This document shows positions 40,629 through 55,823 of a DNA stretch of 64,000 nucleotides, in pieces. Under the pieces are notes generated by a model. It had not been told where the DNA came from. It did no database searches and saw only the letters and a program-made list of their open reading frames with translations. Positions within the stretch are counted from its first letter, which is position 1; the number at the start of each line of letters is the position of its first letter. Made by a program: the position numbers and the translations under genes. Origin of the DNA: Eledone cirrhosa (taxonomy: Eukaryota); the NCBI GenBank assembly GCA_964016885.1, contig OZ024742.1:302374001-302438000 (forward strand), written 5' to 3'.

Positions 40629-42045
40629 ACCCGTCACCACCTCTAGCAACACACCTCAAGGGCACACATTACACCACAACTCCACACTCAATGATCCACC
40701 CTATCTTAACACAAATAGTGACATCTATCTAGAACCTTTTACCCTAGAAATATCCCCATGTACATCTACTTTTAGTATAACTGCCTTCAATTACTTAGAC
40801 TACATTACACCACTATATAATTAAATGTAAACTTTAAACACTGAATTGTTTGTGCTAATGTTGTTCTGTGTATGGAGTGCCATCATTGGATAAATGGAAG
40901 ATTAATTTATTAACATAAAAGAGCTATATAACCTATATGCTGAGTACAATGAATTATGTACAAGTGATATATGAGTTATACATACATGTATGACTTGATA
41001 GTCAGATTGGTGACATTGTAAGTGAGAATTGATCTCTGGTCTACCCTAGAGATATTTAACTTTGCCATGCAATCAGACATGCACTGACCCAGAGCTTACC
41101 AGGGGTTATATATAGACGTGATTCTAATAAAACCCTGCCAGGTTCTGTGGGTAGACTACACTTACAAAGATGATTGATTTGGAGATCTGAATCTTCATGT
41201 GGAATGGACACCTTTAGTACTTCTTGATAGACTACACTGTAATTTATAGATGAGATACTTAAATTTAGAAACTGTTTATAACCATATATGTTAGGGACTC
41301 AATTGGGACACCATTTAATTGTACATTGGGATAATAAATTTAGTTATAGAAATCAGCTAGTTACCTCCCCTCACGCATTAACTCCCCTTAATCACACACA
41401 CACTTCCGGAAAATAAAACGATGTTAATTTCTCGCAACAAAAACAACCTGCTCTATAAAATTGGATTAAAGAACAACAAGCTGTAATAATCTAACCTAAT
41501 TCATCAAGCTTCCAATACTGAATCATCGTTGATTATGTGAAGGACATATAATCTATATATTACGCTTCCTGGATTGTGAAAATGGTGGTGTATACGAAAA
41601 CCATAACACTATTTTGCTTCTCATTTTTAATATTTCTCTATACACAAGCTTCTATATCATACATAAAAATACTTTACCAATACAACCCCCATAATTCTCT
41701 TGATTGCCCGCTTAAAGTGCTTGTATTCCATATAACACCTTGCCGCACTATAATCTTATAATCTTATATAAATAAGACACACGTGCATGTCCCACGTGTA
41801 ACTATTGCATACACTAACTACTTCAAACTATCCTCTTGCATTATCTTCGTAAACTGCCGATGTTGTATTTTAACTTTAATTTTGTTTTAATTTTCTTTTA
41901 ATATGATTTTAATCTTTGAATGTAAATTGCCATGCTAAAATATTATAATGGATGTCAACCCACTGTACATCGATATATACATATGTTTCTGTATGTCTCT
42001 TGTGTTGGAAAGGAGGTCATGTATGTTAACAATCATTGAAAAATT

Positions 42046-42096
42046 GCTCCGAAGACACTAAACCTCGGTTTGGACGAAACAATTATAAGCTAATAA
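42046..42096 (+). ncRNA. Degenerate hammerhead and poly(A) signal, probable end of the GIY-YIG element
   Basis: gct-CCGAAGA-ca ctaaacc tc ggtttgg ac-GAAA-caatta-TA-agc-taataaa. Confidence 0.5.
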
Positions 42097-42170
42097 ATGG
42101 TTTGAACAGAACTTTGATTCATGTAATTTCTCTCTCTCTCTCTCTATCTCTCTATCTCTGTATCTCTCTC

Positions 42171-42606
42171 TAACAAAAAGAATATATGGGGGGGGGGGGG
42201 CCTAAGAGGAGGTAAAAATATAAGGGGAGGTACACAAAGAACAATTGATTGGTCTATACTAGACCATTCGAGGGAGTACCAAAGGGGCACAAAGAATTGT
42301 TCTTTGTGTACCACAGAAAAGTATAGGATTTTGCTAAACTTGAGAGACACTTCCGCTTGCCTTAACTCTAAGACTGAGATCTTCAGATGCTGTCCTCATC
42401 TGAAATCGCATCTGATCTGTAACTGGATTGACACTCCTACGATAAATCAACCGCCTTGAACTCCTTCTCTGCTCTTTACTTTTGCTACGGCTTTTATTTT
42501 GCTGCTTCTACCTTCTGTACTTTTGTATTTAAAAATTTTTTTTCTCCCTTACCTCCCCTTATATTTTTACCTCCTCTTAGCCCCCCCCCATATATTCTTT
42601 TTGTTT
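42171..42606. repeat. Inverted repeat with ~60-bp arms
   Basis: aacaaaaagaatatatggggg..ctaagaggaggtaaaaatataaggggaggta, inverted at ~42550-42606. Confidence 0.85.
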
Positions 42607-42751
42607 TGCCCTTCACATACCTATGTGTATGTGTATGTATTTTTGTGTGTATATATGTATATGTGTACGTATATGTTTGTGTATGTATATATATGTGTAT
42701 GTATGTATGTATATATATGTATGTGTATATATGTGTATGTATATATGTCTG

Positions 42752-42790
<39 letters not shown>

Positions 42791-42874
42791 GTGTGTGTGC
42801 GTGTCTGTATGTGTGTATATATTTGTATATTTGTGTGTGTATATGTATGTATATGTGGATAAACCAGGGCTTTT

Positions 42875-42933
42875 TTTCATTCTGAAGATTGAAGGAAACT
42901 TTTTTTGCTTTTAAGAAACCTCTGGTGAATGGA
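42875..42933 (+). ncRNA. Hammerhead paralogue with non-cleavable GUG site
   Basis: catt-CTGAAGA-...-GAAAC ctctg GTG-aatg; direct repeat of 45373-45432. Confidence 0.55.
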
Positions 42934-43075
42934 TTAATTGCCTTGTATGGCTTTATTACTTTACTACTATATATACGTTTATGTAAGTTTCATTTGTCTT
43001 ATCTAATACTGAGCTTTACACATACACACATGTATATGTGTGTGTGTATGTGTATGCATGTGTGTATGTGTACGT

Positions 43076-43107
<32 letters not shown>

Positions 43108-43376
43108 GTGTATATATATATATGTATATGTATATATGTATATATGTATATGTATGTGTATGTATGTATATGTTGCGTGTGTTTTTATTTATTTTTATGT
43201 ATGTGTGGGTTTGTGTGTGGGTGTGTGTGTGTGTATATATGTGTGTGTGTTTGTATTTGGTTGTGCGTTCTTTTGATATATACGTATTTGCATGTGTATA
43301 ATTGTTTAGCTATGTATGTATATGTGTGTTTACGTATTTATATATGTGTGTGTGCGTTTATATTTTTATATTTTTG

Positions 43377-43411
<35 letters not shown>

Positions 43412-43887
43412 ATATATGTGTGTGTGTGTGTATATAATTACATATACATGTGTGTGTTTATATTGTATACGTGTACGTTTTTGCGTATGTATGTGTATGT
43501 ACGTGTTTATGTATTTGTATATGTATATTTATGTGTGAGAGTGTGTGTATGTGTTTACTATTTCGAACGTATGTATATGTGCTTATGTGTGTATTACTTA
43601 CCACGCGTGTCTGTCCTGTTAGCTGGGGCATGTATCGCTGTCAAATATTTGTTAATATTATTTATATATATTTTTTTCTTATATTTATTTGCGTGTGTTA
43701 ATATGTAGTGGAGTGCATTCATGTATGTGTATGTATGTACGTTGTATGTTTGTGTGAATGTATGTATATGTATGTGTATATATATATGTGTGTGTGTATG
43801 TGTAGGCTTGTACACACACATGTGTGTGTGTGTGTGTATGTATATGTGTATATATGTGTATATGTATGTATATATATATATATATAT

Positions 43888-44657
43888 AAGCAATTGGAGC
43901 GTTTCCATCAGATGTGTCTCAGACGGATACATGGCGTTCGCTGGAGGGACCACATCAGTGATGTCGAGATTTTGGAAAGCTCTATGTGTGACAGTATAGA
44001 AGCTCTTGTGCTTAAGCAGCGACTCCGTTGGAGTGGTCACCTTGCCAGGATGAAGGATTCTAGAATACCAAAACAACTCTTCTATGGAGAGTTGGTTAAA
44101 GGAAAACGACCGCCACATAAACCAAAAAAGAGGTATAAGGATTCCTTGAAGGCCTCTCTGAAAGACGCTAACATCTCTGCTGATACATGGGAAAATATTG
44201 CTGCTGATCGTAATAAATGGAGAAAGACTGTATATGAGGGAAAAGTTGCCTTTGAGGCATCTCGAATCGCACACGAGAAAGTAAAGCGGGACGTGAGGAA
44301 GGGTATTGCTGTTGCACTTCCAGACGGCGAGGGTCCTCCTATGTTTCTGACATGCAGCGTCTGTGCGAGACTCTGCCTAAGCAAAGCTGGACTCGAAAGT
44401 CATCTTCGCAGTCATAAAGTAAGACCAGTGGTTGACTACCAGGCTGCTGTTGGAGATGCTACTCATCATGCTTGCCAAACATGTGGTAGAGAATGTAAAT
44501 CAGCAGGAGGACTCAAGCGACATGCAAAAGTACACGAACTCCAACCACAGCCGACTATTCCCAGTAAATGTTTTGGTTGCCGACTCTGTGCAAGACATTT
44601 TGGATCATTGGCTGGGCTAAAAAGCCACATTCGATCGCAGCACTGTTAGTTGCTATC

Positions 44658-44695
<38 letters not shown>

Positions 44696-44774
44696 GCTTA
44701 TGTGCGTGCGTGTGTGTGTATATATATATGAATATGTATATTATTATTGTTGTTGTCGTTATTATTATTATTGC

Positions 44775-44835
<61 letters not shown>

Positions 44836-44905
44836 TTTTTTTTTTTATTTATTTTTTTTTTTTTTATTGTGCAATGGCCATACTCGATAACGAGGGGGCA
44901 GCCAT
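43888..44905 (+). mobile_element. RTE/BovB-type LINE 3' fragment with three C2H2 zinc fingers (ORF stop 44649)
   Basis: LERFHQMCLRRI..RLRWSGHLARM..RIPKQLFYGEL; CSVC..H..H, CQTC..H..H, CRLC..H..H; microsatellites expanded in the 3' UTR. Confidence 0.88.
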
Positions 44906-44969
44906 CATATATATATATATATATATATGTATGGATATGTACATGTGTATATATATGTGTGTGTGTATA

Positions 44970-45012
<43 letters not shown>

Positions 45013-45075
45013 ATGTATGAATATATGTATGTGTATATGTGTGTATATATGTGTATGTGTGTGTAGGTGTACGCT

Positions 45076-45171
<96 letters not shown>

Positions 45172-45372
45172 ATGTGTATATGTGTATGCGTGCAAATTAT
45201 ATGTGTATACATGTGTGTGTGTGTAAGTATGCTTTTGTGTTTTTTTGTGTGTGTTTGCATGTGTAGTTTTATTTTATTTTATTTTTCCTTTCCTTCTCCC
45301 TTTTCCAGCCTCACTTTCATATAGATTGCATTTTTGTTTTTAGAATCCATATTCAATAAACAAACCAGGATT

Positions 45373-45432
45373 TTTCATTCTGAGGATTGAAAGCAAAACC
45401 TTTTGCTTTTAAGAAACCACTGGTAAATGGAA
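45373..45432 (+). ncRNA. Type I hammerhead, intact
   Basis: tttcatt-CTGAGGA-ttgaaagcaaaa cc ttttgcttttaa-GAAA-cc act gg-TA-aatggaa; all three stems pair; GUA site. Confidence 0.78.
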
Positions 45433-45458
45433 TAATTGCCTTATGTTGTTTATTACAT

Positions 45459-45492
<34 letters not shown>

Positions 45493-45498
<6 letters not shown>

Positions 45499-45640
45499 AT
45501 ATTAAATAAATAAATGGAAACTATATTTATAAAACCATATTTATTCTATTATATATATTTCAAGGGTACCAATAACTTTGGTACCTTTCCATCAGATAAA
45601 ATACAAAAGAGTGTTTTATAAATTTTGACATAGCCAAAGA
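45493..45640 (-). mobile_element. Family F copy with HHR core CTGATGG (45542-45603)
   Basis: Homologous to 18527-18670. Confidence 0.75.
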
Positions 45641-45834
45641 AAACATACCTTATCAGTTGAATAATCCTTGGGTACTGAGATTAAAGAACGAATTTTTCAA
45701 ACTTATGGATGAGTATGCAAATGAATATGTAAATAAGGTTGAGTTATATGATTGAAAAACCGTTATTTTAAACGCTATGGAAAGTTTAGATATATTAGTA
45801 AGAGAGAAAGAAAGAAAAAAGAAAAAGGAAAAAA

Positions 45835-45923
<89 letters not shown>

Positions 45924-45990
45924 TATATATATATTTATATATATATGTATATATATATGTATATATATATATATATATATACATATGTAT

Positions 45991-46044
<54 letters not shown>

Positions 46045-48396
46045 AGAGAGAGAGAGAGAGGTGCATCTGAAGAAATATAAATATACAAGCATGATACGTT
46101 TATATACAATATAAACATATATAGCATAAAACAGGGGAGTGGAATGTCGTAATATGATATAATCTGGCAATAAACTTTTGGTGTAAAAAACAAATATAAA
46201 TAAGACCACTCACCTCACCCCACGCCCTAAATTTACCTTCTGCTATGATCACTTACAGCAAGCTCTGTTTTCTAATTTTACCCCTCAGCCTTTTCATATA
46301 TCGATAGTCATGGGTCTTTAACAACACTATATCTATTATGGTCGTGGTGTCGCAGTTAGGGTAATCCACTCACGATCGCAAGGACGTAAGTTCGATTCCC
46401 GGTGGCGTATTTTGTCCTTGACAAGACATTTTATTTCACGTTTTTTCTGACAACTCAACTGACAAAAATGAGTTATACCTGACACACACTGTTACCCGGA
46501 ATCCGCTGAGAACGTAGCTAAGTGTACACGTGTAATTTCAGGAGGAGGCTGTTCTGTTTATTGAATCAGCTGGAACACTCGTCGTCGGAATCGATAGAGG
46601 TCCAACACACCATCTCGTGGCACTTACTATTTATCCCCATCTCCTCAATCAACGCTGTGTTTGGTTAATCATCTCATAAAGTCAGTATTAAATCAAGTAA
46701 GCTAAGGTTCTCGCTTTTAATTACCGTACAGTTCAGGCACATATTTGTTATAGTGGACCGCTCTTTGAGGTATTTAACCTCTCTTTGTGGTAGTAGGAAC
46801 CTCTTCACGAAAAACATCTAAACATTTTGTTTCCTTTTCTCTGGATTTCCACTTTATCGCCTTCTCTTTGTTTTCTTGTTGTCCCCGATAGTTTCTCACT
46901 CTTCTTTTGCCCTACCCCCTCATCGATACGAGACGATAGGGAAATACGGCTGCTCATGGCCTCATGTCCGTATTGATGAGTGAAGATGACTATAATACAA
47001 GGGCTAACGTCCTTGTCAATATCTCAGGCTGTGATCCTTATATTGCCGAGAAAACCTATATATTGGAATTGAATGGGCTCCCGTCGGTTTCGATGGTGAG
47101 TGTTCCAGTTGATCTATCACCGGAACCTGCTTGTGAAATTAACGTATACGTTGCTGAACATTCCACAGATATGTGTATCCTTAACGTAATTTTAAGGGAA
47201 ATTCAGCATGACACTGTGTGACAAAGCTGTCCAATTTCCCTCAGAAGACATGGGGGAACCCGAGTCTATGGTAAATGGCCAAGATATCACGCGGTGGTAG
47301 ATGTGGGATGATCCTCAAACAATCAAAACGGCTTTTGTTAGGAAAACTGGAAGTGAAAAATATTTCATTTCTTAAGTTGGTTAAAGATGACTTTTTCGTA
47401 GAACTCTCATATTGACGTCCGTTTGTTTACTTAGCTTAAATATGCAAAAATAATAACTGACACCATAAAGACACTAGGCCCATCATCAGTAAACAGATGT
47501 CTTACTAAAAATACATAGATTCACCAGCAACCATGCATTCAATATCAAATGCAAACGCACGAGTAGTTGGCGCTTATGCAGATCCTTCGACATAAGTGCC
47601 AATATAGCTCCACGTTAGATCCAATAAGTCAGCTCAACCACATTTCAATGTTAGGAGTAGAAGTACACACATACACACACACAAACACACACACACAAAC
47701 ACACACACAAATACACACACAGACAAACACCCCACCACACATATATGTGTATATGTAGCAAAAACGTTTGTGGAAAAGAAAAAAAAAGAGTGCTCTTTTT
47801 CATACATGTTACGATTAGTCCTCTTGCGCTACCGTAGGTTTCAAGGCCTAAGTATGGCAACAACTACAGACTGTACATGGTGGCGAAGAATGCATGAAGC
47901 AGAAATACAAGTCACAAAGAAAATCTCTGAACGAGATCTCGTAATAAGTCGCGTGTAGATACGGACCATAACTTAGAAAATATGTTGATCCATTTTCGGA
48001 TTGGCAGTATCGAAAGAGGGTTGGACGCCATACTTTGAAGAATAGAATTACGGCCCTTTACGGTCTGGGTTCAAATCTCGCCGAGTTTAACTTTGCCTTT
48101 CATACTGACGGGGCCGATAAAATAAAGTACCAGTAATACATTGAAATAATTGCTGGCCTTGTGCCAAAAGTAGAAACAATTATTTGTAAATGCGATTTGT
48201 TGTGATGTAGTGTGTATATTTGTGTGTTTGTGTTTTCGGATCGTTGTGTATCAATTCGTGTACTATCTGCAGTTGCTGCCATACTTAGGCCTTGAAACCT
48301 TAAAGTAGCGCAATACATGATACATGTGATATATGTGTGTATCCCGGGTTCAATCGGGGGTAAATACACAAACACACACACACATACACATATATA

Positions 48397-48718
<322 letters not shown>

Positions 48719-49150
48719 TCTATCTATCTATATATATGAAATAACAACGGAAGTTAATATGAAATGAACATACCTAAACTAAGAGCAACAACAACAGCAA
48801 CAACACCAACAGTAAAACAAAAGACAAAGATATTTTAGTAAAAACACACAAAAACAAACAAAACAATAGAGATAAAACTAAAGGGAAAACAGAGCAAAAG
48901 ACAAAAAGACTATTGAATAAAGAGGAAGAATAAAGAATTTGGTGAAGATATGATTCTGTTAAAATTTTAAGAAATCCAGCCTTAATATAACAAGAAAAAT
49001 ACATAGGTGGTGAGAATAAAGGATTATAAACCGGATGTTCGAAAAAGATTACAGAATGGAATTGAAAAGAAACTGAACAATTCGACAAAAAGATATACTT
49101 TAAAAAATTTTAACTTTTGATTAAAGATTATGAAAATATAAAGTACATCA

Positions 49151-49230
<80 letters not shown>

Positions 49231-49231
<1 letters not shown>

Positions 49232-49775
49232 TGTTTCTACGTTAGGCACAAGGCCAGCAATTACTTTATTTTATCGACCCCGTAAGGATGAAAGGCAAAG
49301 TTAACCTCGGCGGGATTTGAACTCAGAATGGCAAGGGCCGTAACTCTATACGTCAAAGCATGGCGTCCGACCCTCTCCCAATACTGCCAATCCACCGCCC
49401 GAATACAAATAATAATTTCTAATTTAGGCACAAGCCCAGCAATTTTTTAGGAGAGGGAAAAGTCGATTAAATCGATGCCAGTACATTACTGGTGCTTTAT
49501 CCTATCGACCCAGTGTGGATGAAAGGCAAAGCTAACCTCGACAGGATTTGAACTCAGCACGTAAAGGGCCGTAACACTATTCCACGAAGCATGTTGTCCG
49601 GCGCTCTACAGTAACGGTTTCTGATTTAGGTGCAAGGCCAACAATTTTGTGCTAGGGGAAAGTCGATTAAATCGACCCGGAGCATTACTCGTACTTTATT
49701 TTTCGACCTCGTAAGGATGAAAGGCAAAGCTAATTTCGATGGGATTTGAACTCAGAATGTAAAGGACCGTAACTC
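49231..49775 (-). mobile_element. Three tandem Nin/Deu-domain SINEs after (AAT)n
   Basis: ggatgaaaggcaaag...gatttgaactcag present three times. Confidence 0.88.
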
Positions 49776-50145
49776 AAGGACAGTGATGAAATAAATATAA
49801 GAACAGCTAACCAATTAAATTCCGTGCGTACCCCTTCCAACACCACCATCAGCTCCTCCAATACCACCACCACCACCACCATCTTCACTCACCAATACCA
49901 TTAGCACCATAGATGTAGGAGATAATTGACAGATATTGTAGCGGAAGTGACGTCAAATTTATTAGAGATAGACAGGGGAGATTATTCAAAGTGATGATAG
50001 CTTACAGGTGAAAAAGAAGACAAATAGTTCAAAAGTAAAAAAAAGGCAAGAAAATGAATAAAATAAAATAAATGGGAAATTATTATGTTTTATATACAAA
50101 TATATATATATATATATAATAGTGTGTATATATATATAATAGGTG

Positions 50146-50197
<52 letters not shown>

Positions 50198-50210
50198 TAT
50201 GTATATATAT

Positions 50211-50262
<52 letters not shown>

Positions 50263-50263
50263 T

Positions 50264-50351
<88 letters not shown>

Positions 50352-51575
50352 GTTTATGTATATAACATCGTATATATGATAGGCATATAATAGTATATAT
50401 ATTGTGTTTATAAATATAATATGCATTTAATATAAATACATCTGTATACGATAATGTATATATGATATGTATAAGATAGCATATATATTGTGTATATAGT
50501 ATGTATATAGTATGTATATATATTGTGTTTATGTATATAGCATGTATATATGTTGTGTTTATGTATATGATATATATATATATATATATATACACAATGT
50601 ATTTACGTATATAATATGTATATACATGGTGTTTACGTATATCATGTTTATACACGGTGTTTACGTATATATGTATATAATAATGTAAATATATTTTAAT
50701 GTTACAAGATGACGCAGAAAGTTATTTAAGGAATGTCAGAAAACGATATTATTAGAGGTAGAGAGAGAAAGGGGTGAGAATAAGAGAGAGATTGAGAGTG
50801 AGAGAGAGAAGAAAGCGAGAGGAGAATGGGAGAGTGAGAGAGAGGAGAGTGGGAGAGTGATAGAAATAGAGGAGAGTGGGAGAGAGAAGAGTGACAGAGG
50901 AAAGAGAGAGTGAGAGAGAGATAGAGAGAGAGAAGAGTGACAGAGAGTGGAGCGTGAGAGAGAGGAAAGAAAGAGAGAAGAAAAAGAGAAGCGAGAGAGC
51001 GAGAGGAGAGTGACAGAGAAAGGAAAGTGGCAGAGAGAGAGGAGAGTGACAGAGAGAGGAGAGTGAGAGAGGGATTGCGAGAAGGAGAAATAGAAAGCGA
51101 GACAGTGTGAGGGATAGAGAGAGAAAGAGACAGATAGAAGTAAGAGTCGGAGAGGGATAGTGAGTGAATGTGGGTAGGTGGGAAAGAGGATGAGTGAGAG
51201 TTAGAGAGGGAGGTAGATAGATATAGAGAGAAATAGTGAGTGAGGGAAGGAGATAGATAGATAGATAAATAGATAGAGAGAGAGGTGGTGGCAGAAACTG
51301 ACAAAAATGAAAAACGGAAACAGAAAACGAGCGGAAGTAAAGGTGAGAACGATAACTATACATACATCAATCGCTGGGATTAAAGAGTGCATTGTAACTG
51401 AAATTGTGTATGTATGTATGTAGGTATGTATGTATGCATGCATGCATGTATGTATGTATATATGTACATATGTATATGCATTATGTCAGTACTTAAGTTT
51501 CTCCCCACCCCTCTCTCTATACATACCTACATACATGCATACATACCTACATACATGCATACATACATACATACA

Positions 51576-51960
51576 TGGTGGCTGCCAACTCGTTTTCTCC
51601 ATGTAGGAGAACCCTTACCGATGCGCTGAACGAGTGTGACTTTTTAGTCCAGCCAGCGACTTGAAAACTCTGGTACAAACACTACACTTGTGACAATTAT
51701 TGACACATAGTGCTGGGCCCATGGTACCATGTGACGACAAGTGCAGAGAGATCTCCAGATATAAAGCAATGCCTGTGCCGTGAAGCTTTTATAGTGAGCA
51801 AAGGCACTGCACAAAGCCAGTCCCACTCTCTTAACCAAGATGATATTTACCAAAAAGAATAACAAGTCAACATCATTGGATACCATCAGGGTTGCAGGTG
51901 TTATATCAGAGTTTTCCTTCTCCTAGAATTCTGCCTTGACAAAGGCTAAGGGGTCATCTC
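51576..51960 (-). mobile_element. Third copy of the short RTE derivative, in (CATA)n
   Basis: Reverse complement of 21843-22248 with a small deletion. Confidence 0.85.
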
Positions 51961-53503
51961 ATACATACATACATACATACATACATACATACATACATAC
52001 ATACATACATACATACATACATACATACATACATACATACATACATCTCTCTCTCTCTGTATATATATCTATATCTATATCTATATATATGTATGTATAT
52101 TAATACTTACATATATATACATACACATATATATGTACGTCAATACTCATCTTTTTCCATTTCTTAGAAGGTTCTAAACCCCACAATCAGGCTAAAATTT
52201 CTTTAGTCAAAAATACTGCGAAAACTTCTATATCTAATTTCAAACTCGCTTGCTGTTTCAAAAACATACTTATATATATTAGCAGAGTAACCACCCTTCG
52301 GGTGGTTTTCTGCTAGCGTGTGTAGTGTGCATATTGATATTATATGCATGTAGATTTGATACATCAAATAAAATTATAATTGAGAAAATGCACAGAAATT
52401 GAAGAGAGACTGTATTACAGTGTCTTATGTAATCAGTAAAGCAATCCATGATACATTTAAAAAAGACGATATTATATATAAACTGCATTACGGTGAAATT
52501 TTATGAAAACGAAAGGATAAAACTAGCGATGTGATATAGCGTCCATTATATCATGTGGATTGGCAGTATCGGTAGAGGGTCGAACGCCATGCTTTCCAGC
52601 ATAGTTACGTCCCTTTACGACCTGAGTTCAAATCCCGCCGAGGTTGACTTTGCCTTTCATCCTTACGGGGTCGATAAAATAAAGTACCAGTAATGCACTG
52701 GGTAATTGCTGGCCTTGTGCCTAAAGTAGAAACAATTATATCATAACCAGAAGTATTGGCATTTGAAAATTTTAAAAGAAGTGAATCTTGAAATAACAAT
52801 CATTTTATATAAAATTATTTATATTTAATCAAGAGTTACAAAATTTAGTACATGGATTATGTAATATTCATCTCATTATTTATTCAAAGTAATCCAACTT
52901 ATTTTACAAACGGGGTAAAAAAAATATATTCAGGACGCAGTCCTGCATTCCTCCCTTTATTATAATATGACACACACACACATACACTCATAATAAAAGT
53001 AACGAAGATCGCTGGTATAAATACAGTGTCCTCCGGCCAGCGTCTAGCTCACTCAATGAATCTCGTGAATTGCAGTGATGTTCAGAATGCACACATTTAG
53101 TTAATAGCAGATACACTAGCTGTGTTTAGGCAGAGATACAAGTAAATATCTCATCTCCTGGACGACGTCGTTTAAGTGTAATATAACTTCGCAAATGCAG
53201 ATATTACGTCTGCAATGTTCAGAAAATGACGCAAAATCAGCGGATATTTACGTAATCGGGCTATATATATATATATATTGAATACATATGAAATGAGAAA
53301 ACTCATCGCTAGAACAGCCGTTAAAACAGCTAAATGCTGTTAAAGACAGTGATGGGAAAAATGCCTCAGAAGACAGAGACCAGCAACCAGTGGCCAACTA
53401 GAGAGACAGTCCACAGGGTGAGTGACAGGCAGATGAAATATAGAAAAAATTGAAAGAGGAGGGGGACAAGGAAAGTGCACTGGAAGAGGACACACACACA
53501 TAT

Positions 53504-53539
<36 letters not shown>

Positions 53540-54199
53540 TTATATGTATGTGTGTGTACAGCAGGTAAAACACTGAGTAATAAACTAAATTGACGAGAGG
53601 TCTTACCACAATGAAACAATATGTAAGAATATTTTAACCATTCAGCCATGCCGCGGCGTTCACTGTTGTGGACTACAACTAATACATTGAACATATATAT
53701 ATCTTATAGACTACAGCTAAATTGTGGACTACCGCTATAATGTTGAATAAGTACAGTTGTGAATTACAGCTATAATGTTAAAGAGATATAGTTGTGAATT
53801 TCGACTATATTGTAGACTAGATATAGTTGTTGTGGGCTACAGCTACCATCCTATCATCTTGTTATGGCAGGGATTTAGCAGATGTGTTGAGCGCAGGAGA
53901 TAATGCATTGTAGTTTTCGTCTTGGATCTGAGGGCTCGGATTTCAAATCCAGCTGTAGTTAGCGTTGATTTTCGTCCTATCGTTAAGAGAAGCATACGTC
54001 TGTGTAAAATGCCAATTTTAGACATTTTATGTATACACAGATATATAGGTTGCATGCATTTAGTAAAAGAAAAATATATCATGAAAGAATTGCTATATTT
54101 GAGACAAAATCGGCATGAATAATCTTGAGACTTTTCTTGACATCCCAAATCAATAAAATCTGCCGTTAGCATCGAAGGTGGGTTCAATATGAGGTCTGA

Positions 54200-54900
54200 A
54201 ACGTTAACATGCCCGAATTAGATAATCTTTATCTATATTGGATAATATGCTCGATATGACGGCGTTCAGAGATTTTATAGTGTTATGGGGGCGTTGGTTG
54301 GTTCCCCCCTCGAGTAATCCAACTGATTTAGGCCTGGGGAGCCAGGAAGTCATATGTCTGAGATGACGTGATTCTGGAGAGTGTATCTCGTCCATTCTTG
54401 TCCCTACCAGACGTCACAGAGTCTTGTTGAATAGTGTACGGTCTTCCTTTGCTCACGCTCTCTATCCAAATCTCCACAAACCTCTCCAACACATCGGTGT
54501 ATCCACGAGGAAAGAGGTGAGGAAACAAAATATCTCCCTCATTGCTCTCGACTCTCAGAACTATCCCAGTTGCCGGAAACTTTGTGGGCATAACCGTTGG
54601 AATATCTTTAGGGCTCTGCAAAAACATATGTTATTCCTTCAGTTGAACTTTTGGTCCTGATCAAAGTTTTTTCTGATCAGAGAAAAACCAAATCATTCCA
54701 TGCTGTTGATGTTTCAGCTTGATTGTATCGAAGGTTCTCATGAACAATTCTTCCAACAGAGTGCCTTGAAACATTGATCTTCTTAGGAATGGCACTAATA
54801 GACTTTCAGGGGTTCTTATCGATAATTTTCTGCGTATTTCGTTCAAATCTGGGAGCTCTGGTGGCATCAGAACACCTAGCAGGCATTAAACGTTTGGCTG
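54200..54900 (-). pseudogene. Decayed Tc1/mariner-superfamily transposase
   Basis: Remnants WFFSDQK, PTVMPTKFPAT..SNEGD..PH, PYTIQQDS; many frameshifts. Confidence 0.7.
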
Positions 54901-55823
54901 CTGCTGTAGAATCTCCGCCAGCAGCTTTCAGATCTTTGAGAACTTTAACAACAAACGACCATGTAACTTTCAGGAAGCAAGCAACCTCTAAATCACTATG
55001 CTCTGTCTTTTAAGGCAACGATTACAGCGTGCCTTTACATTTGTTGAGTTAACTTGATGTTCGCTATCAATTATCTGAAAAGAAATGATAGTGAAAATAA
55101 GTTAGAAAAACGTTAGAACTATTAAAAGAATTGTATAAGAAATGTATTCTGTATTACAGTATATCATTGGAATAAAACACGCTGTTAATGTATCACTAAA
55201 TTATCAATTGAACTAGCTGCGAAGTATCTGTCTATCCGATTTACTTAAGACCTTAATAGCAGTAGGCGTATAAGCAGTATTACCAAGGACTGTTAAAGAT
55301 GGTACTCAACCACTAAATTAAATTACAACATAAAATTGAAATTATCCAGCTGGTCCCGCATTTTCTGTTTACAGACGCTCTCTTGTGTAACCAATAACAT
55401 AATTGTCTGCTCCTGATTATTGTTTTCTCCACTCTAACGTGATCAGTCGTAAAGTGATTTGACGTTGGAAATCTTAACATTCAATTCACTCATAAGTTTT
55501 ACTACTGTTAACTCTTTTGATACCAACAAACCCAGAACTAAATATGGTTTTATGAAATAAAACCACCCATTTTAAAAAGAGATCTTGTTTAAATAAAAAA
55601 TCTTCCAACATAATTTGACATAAAAACCTTTTGTTAAATCACGTTACATATACCTTCTTAACAATGGGATTAACTGACAATTTTAATTAATCCATCCAAA
55701 TTCTTCATTAATTAAAAATATGGCCGTGAAAGCGTTAATTAACAAGAGAAACAATAGGAATTTTTTGTGTTGCAACAACACCAGATATTGTTATTTTTGT
55801 TTAGTTCTAAGTTAGCCTTGATT

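Noticed and set aside
43708-44649. Host C2H2 zinc-finger gene
   Set aside because: The fingers are the C-terminus of an RTE ORF; the N-terminal part of the ORF is microsatellite
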